Notes: generated from the letters alone by a model not told the origin. A stretch of 50,403 nucleotides of DNA from an uncultured Candidatus Saccharibacteria bacterium (GCA_964401625.1 CAYNYY010000003.1:1-50403), one strand, 5' to 3'; positions 10,082-20,140 are shown, counted from the first letter of the stretch. Translations and numbers: made by a program.

Positions 10082-11095
10082 ATGGGATTATTCACGAAAA
10101 AATTAGGTATTGATTTAGGAACCGCTAATACTTTAGTATTTCTACCTGGAAAGGGAATTGTTCTTAATGAACCTTCTGTGGTGGCAGTTTCTGAACAAGA
10201 TAATACTATTATTGCTATTGGAATTGAAGCTAAAGAAATGATTGGTAAAACTCCAGATAATATAATCGTTTATCGTCCGATGAAGGATGGAGTAATTGCT
10301 GATTATAGAGTGACAGAAGCAATGCTCAGATATTTTTTCACAAAAACATTAGGTAGATATAATATATTCAAACCAGATGTTATGGTTTCAGTTCCGGCTG
10401 GAATTACTTCCACCGAAAGACGAGCAGTCGTTGAAGCAGCAGTAAGAGCTGGAGCTCAAAATGCTTATGTGGTGCGTGAACCAATTTTGGGAGCTATCGG
10501 AGCAGGTATTCCAATTCAAGAATCAAAAGGACATATGATAATGGATGTTGGAGGGGGAACAACAGATATTGCAGTTATATCTTTAGGTGGAATAGTTTCT
10601 TCAACTTCTATTAAGTGTGCTGGTAATAAAATTGATCAAGCAATTACTGATTACATAAAAAAAACATTTAGTCTTGCTATTGGTGATAAAACAGCTGAAT
10701 TAATTAAAATTAAAATAGGAGCGGCAATTCCTTTGGAAGAAGAATTAACGATAACTATTAAAGGAAGAGATTTTATACAAGGATTACCTCGAACAGCTCA
10801 AATTTCAACTAATGAAATTGTAACGGCCATAGACAAAGAATTACGCTTAATGATTAAAGCTATAAAAGATGTTCTCTCTCAAACTCCACCTGAATTAGCA
10901 GCTGATATTATTGATGATGGAATAATAATGACTGGGGGGTCATCTTTACTTAGGAATCTACCAGATCTTATTTATAGAAGAACAGGAGTTAAAGCTCATG
11001 TTGTTGAAGATCCACTTTTGTGTGTAGCTAAAGGAACAGGAGAAGCTTTAGATCATTTAGGAAAATTCAAAAAAGCAATTATTTCTAAAAAGTAA
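10082..11095 (+). CDS. mreB: Rod-shape actin homologue MreB
   Basis: The motifs GIDLGTANTLV, MDVGGGTTDIAV and MTGGSSLLRNL are present, and the protein is 337 aa. Confidence 0.95.
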   Translation: MGLFTKKLGIDLGTANTLVFLPGKGIVLNEPSVVAVSEQDNTIIAIGIEAKEMIGKTPDNIIVYRPMKDGVIADYRVTEAMLRYFFTKTLGRYNIFKPDVMVSVPAGITSTERRAVVEAAVRAGAQNAYVVREPILGAIGAGIPIQESKGHMIMDVGGGTTDIAVISLGGIVSSTSIKCAGNKIDQAITDYIKKTFSLAIGDKTAELIKIKIGAAIPLEEELTITIKGRDFIQGLPRTAQISTNEIVTAIDKELRLMIKAIKDVLSQTPPELAADIIDDGIIMTGGSSLLRNLPDLIYRRTGVKAHVVEDPLLCVAKGTGEALDHLGKFKKAIISKK

Positions 11096-11143
11096 TAATG
11101 AAAAATTAAGTTCCTGTTTTTATTAGAATCTTTAATTTAAAAT

Positions 11144-11842
11144 ATGGATAATTTTAATAAGCTATTTCCAGAGAATTTATATCATAGTTATATTGTAGAA
11201 GGTGATCCAGAAATTACCAGTCGTAATCTTTATAAATTTTTAGAAGGACGAGGAGAAATTTCTACTCCAAGTTTAGATGTTTTTATGAAAATTTATGATT
11301 CTTTTTCTGTATCAGATAGCCATGATATAAAAGAATGGCACAATAAATTAGCTATTGGAAATAATAAAAAGATTTGCATTATTGGAACTAATTTTATAAA
11401 TCATGATGCAGAAAGAACTCTTTTAAAAATCATAGAGGAACCAACTCCTAACACTCATTTTTTTATTATTGTTCCTAATTCTTCAATTTTACTTGATACT
11501 CTTCGTTCAAGAGTCCAGATAGTGAATACAACAAAAAAAGAAAATGATTCTATTGTAAGTGAAGCTAGTAAATTTGTCTTATTAAAACCTAAAGAGAGAA
11601 TAGATTTTATAAATAAAATGATTAAAGAATATAAAAATTCTCAGAGCAATAGTAATTTACGTTTTGCTTCTATAAAATTTATTGATGAAATTGAAAAAAT
11701 TATTTTTGAAAAATTTAAAGCGGATAAAACAAATAAAAAAATTCAATTTATTTTAAAAGAATTACAAGAGAAGCGAGAATATTTAAATTTACCCGGAGTT
11801 TCAATTAAAATGATTTTAGAAGACATAGCACTTGTGCTATAA
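11144..11842 (+). CDS. holB: DNA polymerase III delta'-like clamp-loader subunit, with no P-loop
   Basis: The segment AERTLLKIIEEPTPNTHFFIIV...LLDTLRSR matches the sensor-1/SRC region of clamp-loader subunits. The N-terminal HSYIVEGDPEITS lacks the GK(S/T). Confidence 0.65.
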   Translation: MDNFNKLFPENLYHSYIVEGDPEITSRNLYKFLEGRGEISTPSLDVFMKIYDSFSVSDSHDIKEWHNKLAIGNNKKICIIGTNFINHDAERTLLKIIEEPTPNTHFFIIVPNSSILLDTLRSRVQIVNTTKKENDSIVSEASKFVLLKPKERIDFINKMIKEYKNSQSNSNLRFASIKFIDEIEKIIFEKFKADKTNKKIQFILKELQEKREYLNLPGVSIKMILEDIALVL

Positions 11843-11891
11843 TATAGCTTATAAGTTTTTTTTTACTTTGAGATTAAATAAAGAAAATAAA

Positions 11892-12425
11892 ATGTATAAT
11901 ACACAAGAATTAAAATTAAAATTAAAAAAAATAGAAGGATGGTTGATTAAAGAATATTCTTCTATTCGTACTGGGCATGCAACTCCAATGGTCTTGGATA
12001 ATGTTATGGTAGAAAATTATGGAAGTAAAATGCCTATAAAAAATATAGCTCAAATTTCTATTGAAGATTCTAAAACTTTACGAATTATTCCTTGGGATAA
12101 GAGTCATATTAAAAATATTGAAACCGCTATTATGAGTTCTAATTTGGGGCTTTCTGTAGTTTCAGACGGAGAAGGTGTCAGAATTATTTTTCCTTTATTA
12201 ACAACAGAAAATAGATCTGATTTGATAAAGATTTTAAAAGAGAAAATGGAAAATGCTAGGATTAATGTTAGAAAAGAAAGACAAGATGAAATTGATAAAA
12301 CATCTGACTTATCAGAAGATAATAGGAAAAGAGCCAAAGATGATATTCAGAAATGTGTTGAAGAAGCAAATAAAAATCTTGAAGAAATTTTTATTAAAAA
12401 AGAAACTGATTTAATGAATAATTAA
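11892..12425 (+). CDS. frr: Ribosome recycling factor
   Basis: The segment LIKEYSSIRTGHATPMVLDNVMVENYGSKMPIKNIAQISIEDSKTL follows the RRF pattern. The ATG at 11892 is preferred, because the upstream part of the ORF overlaps holB. Confidence 0.9.
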   Translation: MYNTQELKLKLKKIEGWLIKEYSSIRTGHATPMVLDNVMVENYGSKMPIKNIAQISIEDSKTLRIIPWDKSHIKNIETAIMSSNLGLSVVSDGEGVRIIFPLLTTENRSDLIKILKEKMENARINVRKERQDEIDKTSDLSEDNRKRAKDDIQKCVEEANKNLEEIFIKKETDLMNN

Positions 12426-12475
12426 AAATCAGAACCATTTTATTTTCCTGAATTGATTTTTCTAAGGTCTGATTT

Positions 12476-13654
12476 GTGTTATTTATTGTTAAATATGCTA
12501 TTATATTTCCGATGATAATGTCAATAATTATTTTTATCATAATTTTATTAGTACTTGTCTTGTCCCATGAATTTGGGCATTTTATTGTTGCTAAAAAATC
12601 TAATATTAGAGTAGATGAATTTTCGTTTGGCTTTCCGCCAAAACTTTTTGGTAAAAAAATAGGTGAGACAACGTATAATTTTAATGCTTTACCTCTTGGG
12701 GGTTATGTTAAAATTTATGGGGAAAATCCAGAAGAGTTACCAGCAAAAACTGAAGAATCAAATAATAGTTCTGATGATAGAAGTTTTGTAAATAAACCAT
12801 GGTATATAAAAGTTCTAGTTTTGTTAGCTGGTGTTACTATGAATTTTATTGTGGCTTGGTTACTACTTTCTATCGGCTTTATTTCTGGGTTACCTACATC
12901 TGTATCAGTGGCCCCTAAGGGTGCAATTATAGAAAATCAAGCCCTAACGGTTGTTGGTGTTGTTTCTGGAAGTCCAGCAGAGAAAGCAGGTCTTAGATCT
13001 GGAGATAAAATTTCTGCTCTTACAACTAATAATGGCAAAACCACAACTTTAACTACTTCTAGCAATCTTTTAACTCCAAAGGTTGTTCAATCTTTTGTTA
13101 AGAAACATTCAAATGAAAAAATAGATTTTTCAATAATAAGAGGGAAGACAGCGATTCAAATAAATGTAATTCCCAAATTTAATAAAGCTAATGGAATAGC
13201 TATGGTAGGAATTAGTATGGATACAATAGGAACACTCCACCTGCCAGTTTATAAAGCTATTTTTGAAGGGCTGAAATTATCATATAATTTAACTATTAAA
13301 ACTATTGTTGGTTTTTATTCATTGATAGCTAATAGTTTATCTGGACATGGGAGCTTAGCGAATGTTTCTGGGCCTATTGGAATTATCAAAATAGTTGGTG
13401 AGGCTGCTAATTTTGGTTTTATTTATTTACTTTCTCTCACAGCTCTTATTTCTATCAATTTAGTTGTTATAAATTTAATTCCATTTCCAGCACTTGATGG
13501 AGGTCGGCTACTTTTTCTTTTAATTGAGAAAATTAAAGGTTCACGTATTAAACCTAAGATTGCCAATATAGTAAATTCTATAGGTTTTGCCCTGTTGATG
13601 ATTTTCATGGTTGTAATTACCTACCACGATATAATAAGATTATTAGTTAAATGA
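12476..13654 (+). CDS. rseP: Site-2 (M50) zinc metalloprotease RseP with a PDZ domain
   Basis: It has HEFGHF (HExxH), a PDZ segment (VVSGSPAEKAGLRSGDKI) and the C-terminal NLIPFPALDGG motif. The real start may be the ATG at 12512. Confidence 0.85.
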   Translation: MLFIVKYAIIFPMIMSIIIFIIILLVLVLSHEFGHFIVAKKSNIRVDEFSFGFPPKLFGKKIGETTYNFNALPLGGYVKIYGENPEELPAKTEESNNSSDDRSFVNKPWYIKVLVLLAGVTMNFIVAWLLLSIGFISGLPTSVSVAPKGAIIENQALTVVGVVSGSPAEKAGLRSGDKISALTTNNGKTTTLTTSSNLLTPKVVQSFVKKHSNEKIDFSIIRGKTAIQINVIPKFNKANGIAMVGISMDTIGTLHLPVYKAIFEGLKLSYNLTIKTIVGFYSLIANSLSGHGSLANVSGPIGIIKIVGEAANFGFIYLLSLTALISINLVVINLIPFPALDGGRLLFLLIEKIKGSRIKPKIANIVNSIGFALLMIFMVVITYHDIIRLLVK

Positions 13655-13730
13655 TTTTACAAATTAGAGAAGGTGTGATATACATAAAAATATATTCGCT
13701 TGAAAGGCGATTTTATTTTTCAAAAATGAT

Positions 13731-15560
13731 ATGAATGTAGATTCTATAAAAGAAATTAGGAACATTGCTATTATTGCTCATGTTGATCATGGCAAGACTA
13801 CTTTAACTGACAAATTGATGAGACAATGTGGAATGGTTGAAGAGGGGGTAACAATGGACTCAAATTCAATTGAACTTGAAAGAGGTATTACTATATATTC
13901 AAAGAATACTTCTATTAATTATAAAGGTACTAAAATAAATATTGTTGATACCCCTGGGCATGCAGATTTTGGTTCTGAGGTTGAAAGAGTTCTTGGAGCT
14001 GTGGATTCGGTTCTTTTGGTGGTAGATGCTCAGGAAGGTCCTATGCCTCAGACTCGTTTTGTTCTAAAAAAATCGTTGGAGCTTGGACTTAAACCAATAG
14101 TTGTTATAAATAAGATTGATAAATCTGCTGCCGATCCAGAAAGAGTTCATGAAGAAATACTTGAATTATTTTTAGAGCTAGGTGCTACTGAAGAACAACT
14201 TAATTTTAAGACTATATATGCTATTAGTCGTGAAGGAATAGCTAAATTAAATCTTACCGATGATTCAAAAAACTTGAATCCTCTTCTAGATCTGATTTTA
14301 AAAGAAGTTCCATTAGCTTCATTGAATAAAGACAAGGATCTCCAAGCCCAAATTTTTAATCTTGGTTATGATAATTTCCTCGGTCGTTTAGCTATAGCTA
14401 GAATTTATGCAGGTTCAATTAGAGTTGGTTCAAAGATTATTATGAAAGATAGTGAAAATATCTCTCGGACGGCAAAAATTAGTAAGCTCTTTACTTTTGA
14501 AGGATTAGAAAGAAAAGAAGTTAGTCTCACAACAGCTGGAGATATAATTATGATTGCTGGAATACCTGATGCTTTTATCGGGGAAATGATATGTGACAAA
14601 GAAAGCACCCCTAATTTACCTTCTATCACAATTGATGAACCTACTATTTCTTTAAATTTTTTGGTTAATGATTCTCCTTTTGCTGGGCGAGAAGGGAAGT
14701 TTATAACCTATAGACAAATCCGTGAGAGATTAGAGAAAGAACTTGAAATGAATGTCGGTCTCCGAATAGATTTTGATAGATTAGATGAAGAAGAAAAACA
14801 AGAAGGATATCTTGTTTATGGCAGAGGAGAACTTCATATTGCGATACTCCTTGAAAATATGAGACGTGAGAATTTTGAACTTCAAGTATCTCAGCCACAC
14901 GTTATCATAAAATATGAGGGAGATAAAAAATTGGAACCGTATGAAGAAGTCACAATTGATGTTAAAAATATTTATTCAGGTTCTGTTATAAAAAAATTAA
15001 CAGCTCGTCGTGGAACGATAACAAAAATGGAAGAAAAAGATAATTCTGTCAGAATGTTTATTGAAATACCAACGAGAGGATTACTTGGCTACCGTGGGCA
15101 ATTTGTGATTGACACAAAAGGGGAAGGAATTCTTTCTTCTCGCTTTATTGGGTTTAAAGATTATGCTGGCTTCTTAAAGAAGAGAGATGTTGGGTCAATG
15201 ACTTCCATGGTCAGCGGTAAGGCGGCGGCTTTTTCTTTATGGACATTACAGGAGAGAGGAATTCTTTATATAAAACATGGTGATGAAGTTTATGAAGGAA
15301 TGGTTGTTGGCAATGTCGCTAAAGGTGATGAAATGTCTGTTAATCCTACAAAAGGTAAACAACTCTCAAATATGCGTTCTAGTGGAGCAGATGAGGCTAT
15401 AAATGTAAAACCACCTTATAAGTTATCTATAGAAAGAGGTCTTGAAGTTATAGCCGAAGATGAATTTTTAGAGATTACGCCTAAGAATATCCGTTTGCGT
15501 AAAAAAATATTAACCGAACAAGATAGATTTCGAATAAAATCTGGAGCTAAGAAAAAATAA
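13731..15560 (+). CDS. typA: Translational GTPase TypA/BipA
   Basis: It has the G motifs [15 protein letters not shown] and NKID, and BipA-type length and C-terminal domain. Confidence 0.95.
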   Translation: MNVDSIKEIRNIAIIAHVDHGKTTLTDKLMRQCGMVEEGVTMDSNSIELERGITIYSKNTSINYKGTKINIVDTPGHADFGSEVERVLGAVDSVLLVVDAQEGPMPQTRFVLKKSLELGLKPIVVINKIDKSAADPERVHEEILELFLELGATEEQLNFKTIYAISREGIAKLNLTDDSKNLNPLLDLILKEVPLASLNKDKDLQAQIFNLGYDNFLGRLAIARIYAGSIRVGSKIIMKDSENISRTAKISKLFTFEGLERKEVSLTTAGDIIMIAGIPDAFIGEMICDKESTPNLPSITIDEPTISLNFLVNDSPFAGREGKFITYRQIRERLEKELEMNVGLRIDFDRLDEEEKQEGYLVYGRGELHIAILLENMRRENFELQVSQPHVIIKYEGDKKLEPYEEVTIDVKNIYSGSVIKKLTARRGTITKMEEKDNSVRMFIEIPTRGLLGYRGQFVIDTKGEGILSSRFIGFKDYAGFLKKRDVGSMTSMVSGKAAAFSLWTLQERGILYIKHGDEVYEGMVVGNVAKGDEMSVNPTKGKQLSNMRSSGADEAINVKPPYKLSIERGLEVIAEDEFLEITPKNIRLRKKILTEQDRFRIKSGAKKK

Positions 15561-15601
15561 TATTCTATACATTCTTAGTTTTATTTAATTTTTTAAATAA
15601 A

Positions 15602-15630
15602 TTGACTTTACTTAATACTAGTGATATTAT
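15602..15630 (+). promoter_or_regulatory. Sigma70-type promoter, TTGACT-17-TATTAT
   Basis: TTGACT is at 15602-15607, followed by a 17-nt spacer and TATTAT at 15625-15630, about 50 nt upstream of the ATG at 15681. Confidence 0.5.
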
Positions 15631-15680
15631 TGATATTATCGGTATAGCTAAAAATTATTATTTTAATTCTTTTAATTCAA

Positions 15681-16718
15681 ATGACTAACAAAATTTCATT
15701 TAAACCAAAACAAGTTACCAAAAGAATACTTTCTGATTTGTCTCCGCGAGAGCATGATGTAATAACAAGTAGATTTGGATTAACAAAGGAAACTGAGCGT
15801 AAAACGTTAGAGGCTATTGGTAAAAAGTATGGTATTACCCGTGAACGTGTTCGTCAGATAGAAAGTGCAGCTCTTAATTTCATAAGAAAATCTGAATCTT
15901 TTAAAAATGAAAAAGATGTTTTTGAAGAATTAAAAAAATTAATGAATTCGCTTGGGGCAATCATATCGGAACATGATTTTATCAACCATCTTTCAAAGGA
16001 TAAATTAGTGCAGAATAATATTAATTTTTATTTAACATTAGGAGATGATTTTATCAAACATAAAGAAGATAGTCATTTTAAAACCAGATGGAGTGTGAAT
16101 AGTGATGTTTCTGAAGTAGTTCACAATTCTCTTAAAAAACTTTACGAAAATATTTCTGATGAAGAATTAATTCTTGAAAGTGATCTTATTGATAGATTTT
16201 TAGACCAAGTTAAAGATTTGTCCGAAGAATATAAGAATGAAGAAATTGTTAGGAGATGGTTATCTATGTCAAAAAAACTTAGTAAAAATCCTCTTGGAGA
16301 ATGGGGGAAGGCAACTTCATCAAATATAAAAACTAGAGGTGTTAAAGATTATGCTTACTTGATGATGCGTAAACATGGCAGTCCAATGCATTTTAGAGAA
16401 GTCGCCAAAGCTGTGGCAGATACTTTTGATAAAAAATGCCATGTTGCGACTTGTCATAATGAACTTATAAAAGATCCCCGTTTTGTACTTGTTGGGCGTG
16501 GAATCTATGCCTTATCTGAATGGGGGTATAAAAGAGGAGTTGTTCGTGATGTTATAAAAGAATTAATCAAAAAAAATGGACCTATGTCAAAAGATGACAT
16601 TATTAGACAAGTTATGAAAGAAAGATACTTGAAAAAAAATACTATTTTAGTCAATCTCCAAAATTTTAAATACTTTAAAAAAAATAAAAATGGATTATAT
16701 ACTTTAGCTTTATTGTAG
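15681..16718 (+). CDS. Sigma-70 region-4 HTH plus HARE-HTH (RNAP delta-like) fusion protein
   Basis: The N-terminus (LSPREHDVITSRFGL...TLEAIGKKYGITRERVRQIESAAL) looks like sigma region 4.2. The C-terminus (AYLMMRKHGSPMHFREVAKAV...DPRFVLVGRGIYALSEWGY) follows the HARE-HTH pattern. No sigma region 2 is present. Confidence 0.65.
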   Translation: MTNKISFKPKQVTKRILSDLSPREHDVITSRFGLTKETERKTLEAIGKKYGITRERVRQIESAALNFIRKSESFKNEKDVFEELKKLMNSLGAIISEHDFINHLSKDKLVQNNINFYLTLGDDFIKHKEDSHFKTRWSVNSDVSEVVHNSLKKLYENISDEELILESDLIDRFLDQVKDLSEEYKNEEIVRRWLSMSKKLSKNPLGEWGKATSSNIKTRGVKDYAYLMMRKHGSPMHFREVAKAVADTFDKKCHVATCHNELIKDPRFVLVGRGIYALSEWGYKRGVVRDVIKELIKKNGPMSKDDIIRQVMKERYLKKNTILVNLQNFKYFKKNKNGLYTLALL

Positions 16719-16743
16719 ACATTTAATTTGGTATAATAAAAGC

Positions 16744-18042
16744 GTGATAGAAACATTTTTTGGGATACATTCTTTTAATTTATTGCAGATTCTAATAGTT
16801 GGAATTGGTTATTCAATGATTATTCCTCTGGCGATTGCTGCTTTACATTTATGGCATGAATATCGACAAGAACGATTTATAATGGGGATTGAATGGGTTC
16901 TCTTAGAGATACAGGTTCCTCGTGATGTAGTAAAAACTCCGTCGGCAATGGAATTAATCTTTTCAAATGCTTTGTATCATAAAAGCCAAAAAGGACTTTG
17001 GGAAAAATATATTCAAGGATCCCCAGTTTTTTGGTTCTCTCTTGAGATAGTTTCTATTGATGGGCGAGTTCACTTCTTTATTCGTACTCCAACTAGAGTT
17101 AGGAAATTAGTAGAGACACAGATTTATGCTCAATTTCCGCAAGCTAAAATAATAGAAGCTGAGGATTATACATATAAAGTTGCTCAATATAAAAGAAATG
17201 GAGACTGGAATCTTTGGGGTTGTGAATTTACTAAATTGGGACATGATGCTGAACCTATCAAAACCTATAAACAGCTTGAGGAGTTAAAAACAGGGACTAA
17301 AGAAGAATTTAAAATTGATCCTATTACTCCAGTTATTGAATTTCTAGGCTCTTTATCTAAAGGTCAACAAGTTTGGATCCAAATTACAGTTAGACAAAGT
17401 GTTAAAAAATATTATTCTGAAAAGAAAGGTAGGAAAGTTGGATTTGATGTTATAGGGCTGGAACATATTGAGGGATTACTCGTTCCTTTTACAAGAGTGG
17501 GTCAAGGAACTGGCGTTGGAGGAGGAAAATCTCAAGAAATTCGATCACCAAGTTATATGGAACCATCTATCAAACTTATGGTGGCTAATTTAGAGCAACT
17601 TCATTTTGATTGTGGAATTCGTTTAATCACTTTAGCTAATAAAAAATATTGTTCTGAAAGTGAATTCAATAATCTTAGAAGATCATCTCGTCTTCTTTTC
17701 CGCCAATATGCTGTTCCAAATTTAAATCAATTTAAACGTATTAATTCAACTCAATTTGATGCTCCTTGGTCTGATCCAACTGGGTTAGCTTTAACTAAAA
17801 TTAAAAATAGAATGCTTAATTTTTATAGAAATAGAACATTTTTTCATCCGCCTATTCAATATTCTATTAAATATCCAATGCTTATAAGTGCATTTTTCCC
17901 ATCCAAAAATCCAGAAATTTTTGTACTTTCGGCCGAAGAATTAGCTACAATTTTTCATTTTCCAGGAATGGTCTCAGAAACTCCAAGCTTCAAACGTGTT
18001 GAATCAAAGATAGCTAAACCACCCGCAAATTTACCTACATAA
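16744..18042 (+). CDS. Conserved-looking hypothetical membrane-anchored protein of unknown function
   Basis: It is a 432-aa ORF with a GTG start and an N-terminal TM helix (LLQILIVGIGYSMIIPLAIAAL), followed by a soluble domain. It lies 25 nt after the previous gene and 1 nt before mltG. Confidence 0.6.
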   Translation: MIETFFGIHSFNLLQILIVGIGYSMIIPLAIAALHLWHEYRQERFIMGIEWVLLEIQVPRDVVKTPSAMELIFSNALYHKSQKGLWEKYIQGSPVFWFSLEIVSIDGRVHFFIRTPTRVRKLVETQIYAQFPQAKIIEAEDYTYKVAQYKRNGDWNLWGCEFTKLGHDAEPIKTYKQLEELKTGTKEEFKIDPITPVIEFLGSLSKGQQVWIQITVRQSVKKYYSEKKGRKVGFDVIGLEHIEGLLVPFTRVGQGTGVGGGKSQEIRSPSYMEPSIKLMVANLEQLHFDCGIRLITLANKKYCSESEFNNLRRSSRLLFRQYAVPNLNQFKRINSTQFDAPWSDPTGLALTKIKNRMLNFYRNRTFFHPPIQYSIKYPMLISAFFPSKNPEIFVLSAEELATIFHFPGMVSETPSFKRVESKIAKPPANLPT

Positions 18043-18043
18043 T

Positions 18044-18973
18044 ATGGATACAAATATTGGTAATTCAGAAATTAAAAAAAATAAACGTTTCAAGCTAAGT
18101 ACCACATTAATTATATTTCTTATAATTACTACTTTTTTCACTTTGTCTTATTTTTTATTTAGTGCTCCTATTAATAATATCAATGAAGGAAAAGTGGTAA
18201 TTCATATTTCTTCAGATGATACATTAAACTCTATTGCAGATAATCTAAAAAAAGAAAGAATCATTAGATATGATTTTCCTCTTAAATTGTTTGTTTCTCT
18301 ATTTAATTCTGATAAAGAAATAGATAGAGGAGATTATTTATTAAATAGAAATATTCCAGTTTTTGTCGTAGCTTGGCATATAGCTAATAGTGAACATAAC
18401 GTTAATCCTCTAAAGATAACACTTAGGGAAGGTTTAACAAATCAAGAAATGTCAAAGATTTTTAATAGAAAGTTCAAGAATTTCAATCAAGGTTTATTTT
18501 TAAAAGAAGCTAAAAAAGAACAAGGCTATTTATTTCCCGATACTTACTTTTTTTATCAAATGGATACAGTCAATGAAATTTTAAATAAATTATCAAATAA
18601 TTTTAATGAACAAATATCTCCGTTAGCTAGATCAATCAGTTTAAGTGGGAAAAAATTATCAGCCATAATAATTATGGCTTCAATTATTGAAAAAGAAGCT
18701 AGCGGTAAGAAAGATGCTAGTATGATATCTGGTATTTTGTGGAAAAGAATTAAATTAGGAATTCCTTTACAAGTAGATGCTGATAAATATACTTACAAAA
18801 ATAAAGGTTTACCACTTAGCCCAATTTGTAATCCAGGATTATCTTCAATCAAGGCAGCACTTTTTCCAGTAGCATCTCCTTATCTTTACTATCTTCACGA
18901 CAAAAATGGCATGGTTCATTTTGCTAGGAATTTTAGTGAACATAAAAAAAATATTAATCGTTACCTTAGATAA
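18044..18973 (+). CDS. mltG: Endolytic murein transglycosylase MltG (YceG-like)
   Basis: It has an N-terminal TM helix, GYLFPDTYFF, ASIIEKEA and LQVDA motifs, and a YceG-like length. Confidence 0.85.
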   Translation: MDTNIGNSEIKKNKRFKLSTTLIIFLIITTFFTLSYFLFSAPINNINEGKVVIHISSDDTLNSIADNLKKERIIRYDFPLKLFVSLFNSDKEIDRGDYLLNRNIPVFVVAWHIANSEHNVNPLKITLREGLTNQEMSKIFNRKFKNFNQGLFLKEAKKEQGYLFPDTYFFYQMDTVNEILNKLSNNFNEQISPLARSISLSGKKLSAIIIMASIIEKEASGKKDASMISGILWKRIKLGIPLQVDADKYTYKNKGLPLSPICNPGLSSIKAALFPVASPYLYYLHDKNGMVHFARNFSEHKKNINRYLR

Positions 18974-18981
18974 AAAAAATA

Positions 18982-20127
18982 ATGCAAAATAAAAATCAAA
19001 CAGTTTTTGTTGGAATTTCTGGAGGAGTTGATTCTGCTGTTTCAGCCGCTATTTTAAAAAAACAAGGGTATAAAGTTGTTGGAGTTTTTATTCGTACATG
19101 GACACCAGATTTTATGGAATGTACATGGCGAGATGAACGTCGGGATGCAATGCGAGTTTGTGCTCATCTTGATATTCCATTTCTTGAATGTGATGCCGAA
19201 ATTGCTTATAAAAAAAAGGTGGCTGATTATATGATTGAAGAATATAAAAAAGGGAATACTCCTAACCCTGATGTAATGTGTAATAGAGAAATAAAATTTG
19301 GGATTTTTGGGAATTTTGCTAAAAAAAATGGCGCTGATTTTATAGCTACAGGGCATTATGCTTGTATAAAAGAGAATAGTTTTAGAGAAGTGACGGGTGG
19401 GGGCGTGCCATTTCGAGGTAATCCGAGGAATGGGGTTAAGGAACTTCGAGAAAAGCTATTCTCTTTAAAGCGCAATCAAGATCCATCTAAAGATCAGTCG
19501 TATTTTTTATGGACTCTTACCCAGAAAGATTTAGGGCATACACTTTTCCCTATAGGTCATTTAATGAAGAAGGAAGTTAGAAAATTAGCAAAAGAATATA
19601 AAATTCCAGTGGCTACTAAAAAAGATAGCCAAGGAGTTTGTTTTCTCGGTAAACTTGATATGAAAGATTTTTTAAAACATTATATTAAACCTAAAAAAGG
19701 AAAAGTCCTGAACGAAAAAGGAGAAATAATTGGATATCATCAAGGTGTAGTATTTTTCACATTAGGAGAAAGACATGGTTTTATTATTACTAAAAATTCT
19801 GATGAGGATAAGCCTCTTTATGTTATTTCAAAAAATATAAAAAATAATACAATTATAGTTTCTCCTATGTTAAAATTAGAAACACAAAAAAAAATTAATA
19901 AAATTATTATATGCAATAATGTAAATTGGATTTTTGATCTACCAAAAGAAAATAAAATTTATACTGGGCAAATTCGTTACCATGGAGAACTTTTATTTTG
20001 CAAAATAAAAGTTCTCCAAAACAAAAAATTCCAAATAATTTTTAAAAAAAATGTTTTAGCTGATAAGGGACAGTCTATAGTTATTTATGATGGAAATGTT
20101 TGTTTAGGTGGTGGTATTGTGCAATAA
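18982..20127 (+). CDS. mnmA: tRNA 2-thiouridine(34) synthase MnmA, carrying a ~20-aa insertion
   Basis: It has the PP-loop GISGGVDSAV, catalytic Cys contexts NPDVMCN and GVCFLG, and KDQSYFLW. Confidence 0.92.
   Translation: MQNKNQTVFVGISGGVDSAVSAAILKKQGYKVVGVFIRTWTPDFMECTWRDERRDAMRVCAHLDIPFLECDAEIAYKKKVADYMIEEYKKGNTPNPDVMCNREIKFGIFGNFAKKNGADFIATGHYACIKENSFREVTGGGVPFRGNPRNGVKELREKLFSLKRNQDPSKDQSYFLWTLTQKDLGHTLFPIGHLMKKEVRKLAKEYKIPVATKKDSQGVCFLGKLDMKDFLKHYIKPKKGKVLNEKGEIIGYHQGVVFFTLGERHGFIITKNSDEDKPLYVISKNIKNNTIIVSPMLKLETQKKINKIIICNNVNWIFDLPKENKIYTGQIRYHGELLFCKIKVLQNKKFQIIFKKNVLADKGQSIVIYDGNVCLGGGIVQ
19369..19466. repeat. Inverted-repeat-flanked GC-rich segment inside mnmA, in frame
   Basis: AAAGAGAATAG (19369-19379) is the perfect reverse complement of CTATTCTCTTT (19456-19466). 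The enclosed core at 19390-19450 is about 57% GC by hand count, set in a gene of roughly 25-30% GC. Confidence 0.55.
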
Positions 20128-20140
20128 TATGTATATGAAC

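Noticed and set aside
17500-17532. The P-loop-like string GQGTGVGGGKS in the 432-aa membrane module.
   Set aside because: The spacing does not fit GxxxxGK[ST], because there are five residues between the G and the GKS. It lies in a Gly-rich linker with no Walker B or other ATPase context.
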